From contig CABQXY010000028.1 of NCBI GenBank assembly GCA_902468245.1, positions 412,802-476,801 on the forward strand: DNA of 64,000 nt, in the 5' to 3' direction. This document shows, piece by piece, positions 58,488 through 64,000 of the stretch; positions within the stretch are counted from its first letter, which is position 1, and every line of letters begins with the position of its first letter. The stretch is from an uncultured Porphyromonadaceae bacterium (GTDB taxonomy: Bacteria > Bacteroidota > Bacteroidia > Bacteroidales > Muribaculaceae). The position numbers and the translations under genes are program-made. The notes below the pieces were generated by a model. That model was not told the origin of the DNA and ran no database searches. It worked only from the letters and a program-made list of their open reading frames with translations.

Positions 58488-59479
58488 AAAAGAGAGGTAA
58501 GGGTGGAGAGCTTGCGGTCTATCTCGGCCCATTCGGAGGCGGGGTCGGACTCGGGCATGATGCCGGCGCCGGCGTACAGCACGGCGCGGTCAGGCGCGAT
58601 ATGGGCGCAGCGGAGGGTTACGAACAGGCTGAAGCTGTCATAGCCATTCCACGGGCCACAGTAGCCGCCAAAGAAGGAGCGCTCGAAATGCTCCTGTTGC
58701 GCTATCGTCTCGGCGGCGAGTTCGCGCGGCATACCGCATAGAGCGGGAGTGGGCGCTAATGTGTCTATCAGCTGAAGCACATCGAGAGTGTCAGAGGCCG
58801 GGACGCTGATGCGCGTCATCAGATGCTCCACGGGACCCGCCATCTTGGTGACAGGCTTGTCGGCAACCGGCCGGAGTCCCGAATTCGTGAAACAGTCCAT
58901 TATGTATTTCGTCACCACATCATGTTCCCGACGGTTCTTGGTGTCCCAGTCGTCGGTGTCGTTGTCGCGGTGCGTGCCGGCCAGGGCCATGGTGTGCAAT
59001 TCCTTGCCGTCATTCTCCAGCAACACTTCGGGAGTGGCACCAATCCAGCTGCCCGATTCCGGCGACGTAAAAAGATAAACGAACGCATCTGGATAATTCC
59101 GGCACAGGGAATCGAACAGCGCGTTGATGTCGGCGGGTGCGTCCTGAAGCAGACACCTTGCAGCCACAGCTTTTGTGAGCTTGCCTTCACGTTCCAGTGT
59201 CTTGATGGTTTCCACCTCGTCGGCCAATTGACCGGGTGTGGTGGATGCCTCGGGGAACGGTGCGCAGAGGCCATGTCCGTTAAGGCGTAGTGCCTCACTG
59301 AAGGTGTTGGACTCGCATTCGCGGTCGGCCGGTATGAATATCATGGGAGAGTGCGGCAGGAAGGGAGCAATGACAAAGCCGCGACCTTCGGGCTGTTCCA
59401 GGCAATGGTCCGACATCCCGCCGCAACATTCCGTTGCACCGGGGAGCCTGTATTTGAACGCGTAGATGTGTTTTGTCAT
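58454..59479 (-). CDS. menF: isochorismate synthase-like chorismate-binding enzyme (MenF-like)
   Basis: 341 aa; C-terminal chorismate-binding motif ...YAGAGIMPESDPASEWAEI... Confidence 0.65.
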   Translation of the reverse strand: MTKHIYAFKYRLPGATECCGGMSDHCLEQPEGRGFVIAPFLPHSPMIFIPADRECESNTFSEALRLNGHGLCAPFPEASTTPGQLADEVETIKTLEREGKLTKAVAARCLLQDAPADINALFDSLCRNYPDAFVYLFTSPESGSWIGATPEVLLENDGKELHTMALAGTHRDNDTDDWDTKNRREHDVVTKYIMDCFTNSGLRPVADKPVTKMAGPVEHLMTRISVPASDTLDVLQLIDTLAPTPALCGMPRELAAETIAQQEHFERSFFGGYCGPWNGYDSFSLFVTLRCAHIAPDRAVLYAGAGIMPESDPASEWAEIDRKLSTLTSLFPPHIVAEPFP

Positions 59480-60786
59480 TACTTTTTAATTTCTTTAGCC
59501 ACGAAGTCGAATGGATATGCCTCGGTGATTTCAGCCTCGATGAAGTCGCCGGGCTGCGCGTCGGAACCATATACCGTATAGGTCATGTCAACCTCGGGAC
59601 TGTCCCATTGTGAACGGCATATCAGTTTGTCGCCTTCACGTTCGTCTACAAGTAGGCGAACCTTTTGACCGACCATTTCGGAAGTGAGTTCATCGCTGAT
59701 GTTTTCCTGAAGCTCCATCAGACGGTCCAGTCGCAGCTGCTTCGTTTCTTCGGGAATGCTGTCCTCGTAATGCAGCTGGGCGTAGGTGTCTTCCTCCTCC
59801 GAATAGGCGAATGCACCCATGCGGTCGAATTTCTGCGTGCGCACGAATTCCATCAGCTCGTCGAAGTCCGCTTCGGTCTCACCGGGGAATCCGACCATCA
59901 GCGTGGTGCGGATCTTGATACCGGGCACACGCTCGCGAATCTGCTTCAGGAGCTCCAGCGTCTTCTCCTTATCTATGTGTCGGCGCATGGCCGTAAGTAC
60001 GTTGTCTGATATATGCTGCAACGCGATGTCAAGGTACTTACATACGTTGTCGCGACGCGCCATAACGTCAAGGATGTCCATGGGGAAGTCGGCGGGATAG
60101 GCGTAATGCAGTCGAATCCATTCCACGCCCGGCACTTCGGCCATGCGGTCGATCAGTTCCGCAAGATGATGCTTGCCGTCAATGTCCATGCCGTACGACG
60201 ACAGGTCCTGGGCAATGACGTTGAATTCCTTCACACCTTTTGACACAAGATCGCGGACTTCGTCGATAATCTCGTCGGCAGGGCGTGACTTGTGTCGTCC
60301 CGTTATTAGAGGTATGGCGCAGAAGGCGCAGAAACGGTTGCATCCCTCCGAAATCTTGAGATAGGCGCTGTGCGGAGGGGTGGTGAGGTCGCGTTCCCAT
60401 ATCTTGGGAGTCTGCTGCCCGGAAAGGTCAGGGAGCGAGTCGATGAATCCCGTCCAGTCAAACTTGCCGTACCAGGTGTCCACTTCCGGCATCTCGGCCG
60501 GCAGTGAGTCGCGGTAACGCTCGGAGAGGCATCCCATCACCACGATGTGGCCTATCTTGTGCTTCTTCTTAAGCTCGGCCAACTCCAGCAGCATCATCAC
60601 CGACTCCTCCTTGGCATCACCGATGAAGCCGCAGGTGTTCACCACCACATACTCGCCGTTCGGGGTATCGGGATCGTGTTCCGTCTCATAGCCCTTCGCG
60701 GCCAGACGGCGCAGCAGACGCTCCGAATCTATCAGATTCTTGGAGCATCCCATTGTCACTATGTCTATCTTGTTCTTCTTGTACAT
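59479..60786 (-). CDS. rimO: ribosomal protein S12 methylthiotransferase RimO (MiaB-like radical SAM)
   Basis: 435 aa; MTTase N-domain cysteines (C..C..C), radical SAM CNRFCAFC, C-terminal TRAM. Confidence 0.8.
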   Translation of the reverse strand: MYKKNKIDIVTMGCSKNLIDSERLLRRLAAKGYETEHDPDTPNGEYVVVNTCGFIGDAKEESVMMLLELAELKKKHKIGHIVVMGCLSERYRDSLPAEMPEVDTWYGKFDWTGFIDSLPDLSGQQTPKIWERDLTTPPHSAYLKISEGCNRFCAFCAIPLITGRHKSRPADEIIDEVRDLVSKGVKEFNVIAQDLSSYGMDIDGKHHLAELIDRMAEVPGVEWIRLHYAYPADFPMDILDVMARRDNVCKYLDIALQHISDNVLTAMRRHIDKEKTLELLKQIRERVPGIKIRTTLMVGFPGETEADFDELMEFVRTQKFDRMGAFAYSEEEDTYAQLHYEDSIPEETKQLRLDRLMELQENISDELTSEMVGQKVRLLVDEREGDKLICRSQWDSPEVDMTYTVYGSDAQPGDFIEAEITEAYPFDFVAKEIKK

Positions 60787-60792
60787 TCAGTA

Positions 60793-61785
60793 TCAGATAG
60801 CGTTGCCGAAAAGTGAGCGTACGAATTCGTCCGGATGGAATATCTGCAGGTCCTGAATTTTCTCGCCGAGACCGATGTATTTCACCGGAATCTTGAACTG
60901 ATGGCTGATGCCAATCACGACACCACCCTTGGATGTGCCGTCCAGCTTTGTGATGGCCAGGTTGTTGACTTCGGTGGCTGCTACAAACTGACGGGCCTGT
61001 TCGAATGCGTTCTGTCCGGTGGAGCCGTCCAGCACCAATAGGATTTCCTGCGGAGCGTCGGGCACCACGCGCTTCATTACGTTCTTGATCTTGGTGAGCT
61101 CGTTCATCAGGCCGACCTTGTTGTGCAGACGGCCTGCGGTGTCGATTATAACCACGTCGGCGCCCTGTGCTTTGGCCGAGCTGACAGTGTCGAAAGCCAC
61201 GGCGGCAGGGTCGCTGCCCATCTTCTGCTTCACGACCGGCACGCCCACGCGCTCGCCCCAGATGTCAAGCTGCTCTATAGCGGCTGCGCGGAATGTATCG
61301 GCTGCGCCAAGCACCACCTTGTAGCCGGCTTGCTTGTACTGGTAAGCCAATTTGCCGATGGTCGTGGTCTTGCCTGCGCCGTTGACGCCTACCACCATTA
61401 TAACGTAAGGCTCGCCGTTGGTGTCCGGAATTTCGAAGTCCTCGAGACGACCGGAATTCTCCGGCTTTTCCAACATGCGGGTTATCTCGTCGGCCAGGAG
61501 AGTGCGGAGTTCTTCGCTGCCCACGTACTTGTCCTGGGCTACACGTTTCTGCAGACGGTCTATTATCTCCAGAGTTGTGTCGGTGCCGACGTCGCTGGTC
61601 ACAAACGCTTCCTCAAGATTGTCAAGGACCTCGTCGTCCACCGAGCTCTTGCCGGCGATGGCGTGCGAGATCTTGCTCCATACGCTTTCCTTGGTCTTGG
61701 TCAGACCGCTGTCCAAGGTTTCCTGCTCCTGGCGGATCTGCTCCTGGTCTTTCTTCTTACGCGAAAAAAAATCTTTGAATCCCAT
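60793..61785 (-). CDS. ftsY: signal recognition particle receptor FtsY
   Basis: 330 aa; SRP GTPase motifs GVNGAGKTTT, DTAGR, ... Confidence 0.9.
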   Translation of the reverse strand: MGFKDFFSRKKKDQEQIRQEQETLDSGLTKTKESVWSKISHAIAGKSSVDDEVLDNLEEAFVTSDVGTDTTLEIIDRLQKRVAQDKYVGSEELRTLLADEITRMLEKPENSGRLEDFEIPDTNGEPYVIMVVGVNGAGKTTTIGKLAYQYKQAGYKVVLGAADTFRAAAIEQLDIWGERVGVPVVKQKMGSDPAAVAFDTVSSAKAQGADVVIIDTAGRLHNKVGLMNELTKIKNVMKRVVPDAPQEILLVLDGSTGQNAFEQARQFVAATEVNNLAITKLDGTSKGGVVIGISHQFKIPVKYIGLGEKIQDLQIFHPDEFVRSLFGNAI

Positions 61786-61930
61786 AATATTTAAATAAGG
61801 GTATGTTGCCGAATAACCGGCCGAGGCCGAAGGTCCGCTTCGGTCCGTGCCGATTATTACAGGGCTTTTAATCTACAAAATTAATTAAAAGAGACAACAT
61901 ATCAAAATAAAGGTAAATTCGGGATTGCGT

Positions 61931-61970
61931 AGGAGCTTCGCTCCTGAACAGAACGGCTCCGCGAGGGAGG
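61931..61970 (+). repeat. copy of dispersed GC-rich repeat element (AGGAGC-TTC-GCTCCT hairpin + GAACAGAACGGCTCCGCGAGGGAGG)
   Basis: immediately downstream of the outer-membrane protein stop codon; shares core with 58394-58487 and 7643-7688. Confidence 0.7.
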
Positions 61971-61971
61971 A

Positions 61972-64000
61972 TTACATCGATATTCCGCCCTGGGCTTTGG
62001 CTGAGGAGGTGTCGTCGGGGTTGATGTTCAGGCCGGACTCCTTGACCTTCTCCTTGAGGTGTCCGAAGTTCCAGCTCAGCGTCAGGGCTACGCTCGGACT
62101 CCAGTTGGACCAGGATGCCGCGCTTCGGGTGTCCGGTGTGTTGGTGTGCCATGTGCCGCCCTGGTATGCGCGCAGGAAGTTCCAGGCGCTCAAGCCTACG
62201 GTCAGCGCGTTGTCCTTCAGGAAGCTCTTGTTGACGCCGAGTCCGTAGTAGTAGTATCCGGTGCTGTATCCCTGCGAGGTTATCTGATGTATGGTCTGGC
62301 CGCCGCCTACATTGAACCGGAATCCCTTCGGGGCACTGTAGTTCCAGTTGATGCCGTAGTTGCCGCCCCAGCCGTGCGAACGCTGATTGATCTTGCGGGC
62401 GTTGATGTCGGTGTATCTGATGTCGCCGTTGACCGAGAGCGACATGGAGTTGGTGATGTTCCAGTTCAGAAAACCGCTGAGGCTCGTTATGCGGCGCCGG
62501 CCATAGTTGCCGTACGTCTCTATCGCAGTGATGCCTTCGTATCGCGTATAGTTTATGATGGAATTGTCGGTCTGTTCGTAGCTCAGCTTGACGTTGCCGC
62601 CCAAGAGGCGTCCGAAGTTGGTGTATGTGAGGGACACCACATTGTTGTGCTCGCTGGTCAGGTCCGGATTACCGGTCTGGGTCATCTGGTCAGAGATCTT
62701 GGTAACATGCGGGTTTACCTGCGACAGCGAGGGACGCGATATGCGCATCTGGTAAGCCAGACGCAGGTTGGTGGCCGGTCCGAAGATATAGGTGACGGCA
62801 GCATTGGGCACCCAGTCGTTGAGATGCGAGGTAAAGCCTGTCTTTGCGGCGTCATGATATTCCAGATTCATTACGGTATGTTCGTACCTGATACCGGCCG
62901 TAAGTCCCACCTTGCCGCCGAACGAGCCGTTATAGGCCGCATAGCCGGCATATATGTCCATGTTCTGACGGATGTCGTCGCTATCGTCCGAGGCTGGCCG
63001 CATAGTCTCCATGCTGTCGCCGACGTTAAATTGCGAAATGGCTGAGTTGCGGCGGAATATTCCCTTGAATCCCGCGTCGAGCGTATGGGTGCCGTTGCCG
63101 AACGGATTGGAGTAATCGGCCTGTACGGTATGCTGGCGTGTATATTCGTGATTGATGTTTTCCCGCCAGGGGGTGAGGATTGTATAGTTGTCGCCGTTGA
63201 AATCGTGGTTAGTGAAGTCCAGGAAGTTCTTGCCGAAATCGAACATATACGCGAAGATGATGCGGTGCGAGGACATGTCGTTGAATCCGATGCGGTAGGA
63301 TGCGTTGGCCGATGCACCCTGGTTCAGGACACTGCCGCGAGTCATATCGGTATCATAGCTCCACCGTTTGGCTCCCGAGGCATCGTACATGGTGCTGGTG
63401 CCGGAGAACTGCTTGATGCGTGCGTTGACGTTGTTGAAGCTTCCGCCCATCGTGAAAAGGTGACGGGCCGACGGTTCCCAGCTCATGTTGAGTCCGGCCT
63501 GTTCATAACCGAAGCCGAATTTCTGTTTCATTTTGCTTTTCAGAAGTCGGTCGGTTTCGGAGTTCAGATATGTAGTTGAAGTTTCGTTGATGTTCTTGTT
63601 CGGCATGATACCATCCATCGCGCCGGTGGCGTTGAGGCTTATCATCACCTTGTCGGCCTTGACGGTGCCGTAAGCGCTGAGATAGGCCTGCTTCGTGCCG
63701 TATCCTGCCGCCAGGGTGCCGGAGTAGCCGTCGCGGCGCTGCTGAGTCTCGGTCACGAGGTTCAGGATTCCTCCGAATCCCTCGGCATCGTATTTGGCGC
63801 CGGGCTCGGTCAGCACCTCTATCTTCTGTACAGATTCAGCAGGCATGGCCTTGAAAATCTTCTGGTAGTTGGCCTCCATCATCACGTCTTCCTTGCCGTT
63901 GACGTAGATCTTGAAGCCGGAATTGCCGTTGATCTGTATGTTGTCCTGGGCATCGACAGTGACCATAGGCACCTTCTTCAATGCGTCGAGCAGAGTCTGG
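61972..64000 (-). CDS. outer membrane beta-barrel / TonB-dependent-receptor-like protein (PF14905-like), N-terminus beyond window end
   Basis: open to window edge; beta-strand-rich, aromatic C-terminal region; N-proximal part resembles receptor plug/carboxypeptidase-regulatory region. Confidence 0.55.
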   Translation of the reverse strand, partial: QTLLDALKKVPMVTVDAQDNIQINGNSGFKIYVNGKEDVMMEANYQKIFKAMPAESVQKIEVLTEPGAKYDAEGFGGILNLVTETQQRRDGYSGTLAAGYGTKQAYLSAYGTVKADKVMISLNATGAMDGIMPNKNINETSTTYLNSETDRLLKSKMKQKFGFGYEQAGLNMSWEPSARHLFTMGGSFNNVNARIKQFSGTSTMYDASGAKRWSYDTDMTRGSVLNQGASANASYRIGFNDMSSHRIIFAYMFDFGKNFLDFTNHDFNGDNYTILTPWRENINHEYTRQHTVQADYSNPFGNGTHTLDAGFKGIFRRNSAISQFNVGDSMETMRPASDDSDDIRQNMDIYAGYAAYNGSFGGKVGLTAGIRYEHTVMNLEYHDAAKTGFTSHLNDWVPNAAVTYIFGPATNLRLAYQMRISRPSLSQVNPHVTKISDQMTQTGNPDLTSEHNNVVSLTYTNFGRLLGGNVKLSYEQTDNSIINYTRYEGITAIETYGNYGRRRITSLSGFLNWNITNSMSLSVNGDIRYTDINARKINQRSHGWGGNYGINWNYSAPKGFRFNVGGGQTIHQITSQGYSTGYYYYGLGVNKSFLKDNALTVGLSAWNFLRAYQGGTWHTNTPDTRSAASWSNWSPSVALTLSWNFGHLKEKVKESGLNINPDDTSSAKAQGGISM

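Overview
This window is a Bacteroidales-type chromosomal segment with about 55-60% GC core genes. It contains a low-GC (~35-45%) accessory island at roughly 16.5-27.1 kb.

The core genes are:
- aroE (partial).
- Two paralogous M13 peptidases, one at each end of the window.
- An SPFH protein, GH127, an S9 peptidase and YgiQ.
- UvrB, NspC, an HsdR_N nuclease-domain protein coupled to a UvrD-like helicase, and an S1/P1 nuclease.
- nrdDG, an FAD-dependent oxidoreductase, tsaB and lipAB.
- A SusC/SusD/GH30 polysaccharide-utilisation locus with an upstream surface lipoprotein.
- An EamA transporter, an ABC-F ATPase, malic enzyme, a LolA-like protein, trxB and dCMP deaminase.
- An S41 (CTP) peptidase, 5-formyl-THF cyclo-ligase, an M16 peptidase, serA and serC.
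- A MenF-like isochorismate synthase, rimO, ftsY and a partial outer-membrane beta-barrel protein.

The island carries the following, in order:
- A HipB-like/HipA toxin-antitoxin pair.
- A SugE/Gdx small multidrug resistance exporter.
- Two low-GC hypothetical proteins.
- A complete type II-C CRISPR-Cas system. It consists of an 11-repeat array (47-nt repeats, 30-nt spacers) with cas2-cas1-cas9 on the minus strand and no csn2 or cas4.

From the sequence I infer three things about the CRISPR locus:
- A tracrRNA gene lies divergently upstream of cas9. It has an anti-repeat to the first 24 nt of the repeat, a nexus-like UAAGG..UUCCG, a terminal hairpin with U-tract, and its own Bacteroidetes TAnnTTTG -7 box.
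- Every CRISPR repeat carries an embedded TAnnTTTG (-7) promoter element. crRNAs would therefore be transcribed individually, convergent to the cas operon.
- The first repeat is 5'-truncated but keeps the promoter-bearing half, and the cas2-proximal end has a degenerate terminal repeat plus a bidirectional terminator.

Other notable structure:
- A perfect 4 x 27-bp tandem repeat sits 28 bp upstream of nrdD.
- A dispersed GC-rich hairpin-containing repeat family occurs in 4 copies, two of them forming the last codons of ORFs.
- 10-bp phased repeats lie at the serA 3' end.
- 21-bp direct repeats lie upstream of the polysaccharide-utilisation locus.
- A possible guanidine-riboswitch-like 5' UTR lies upstream of sugE.
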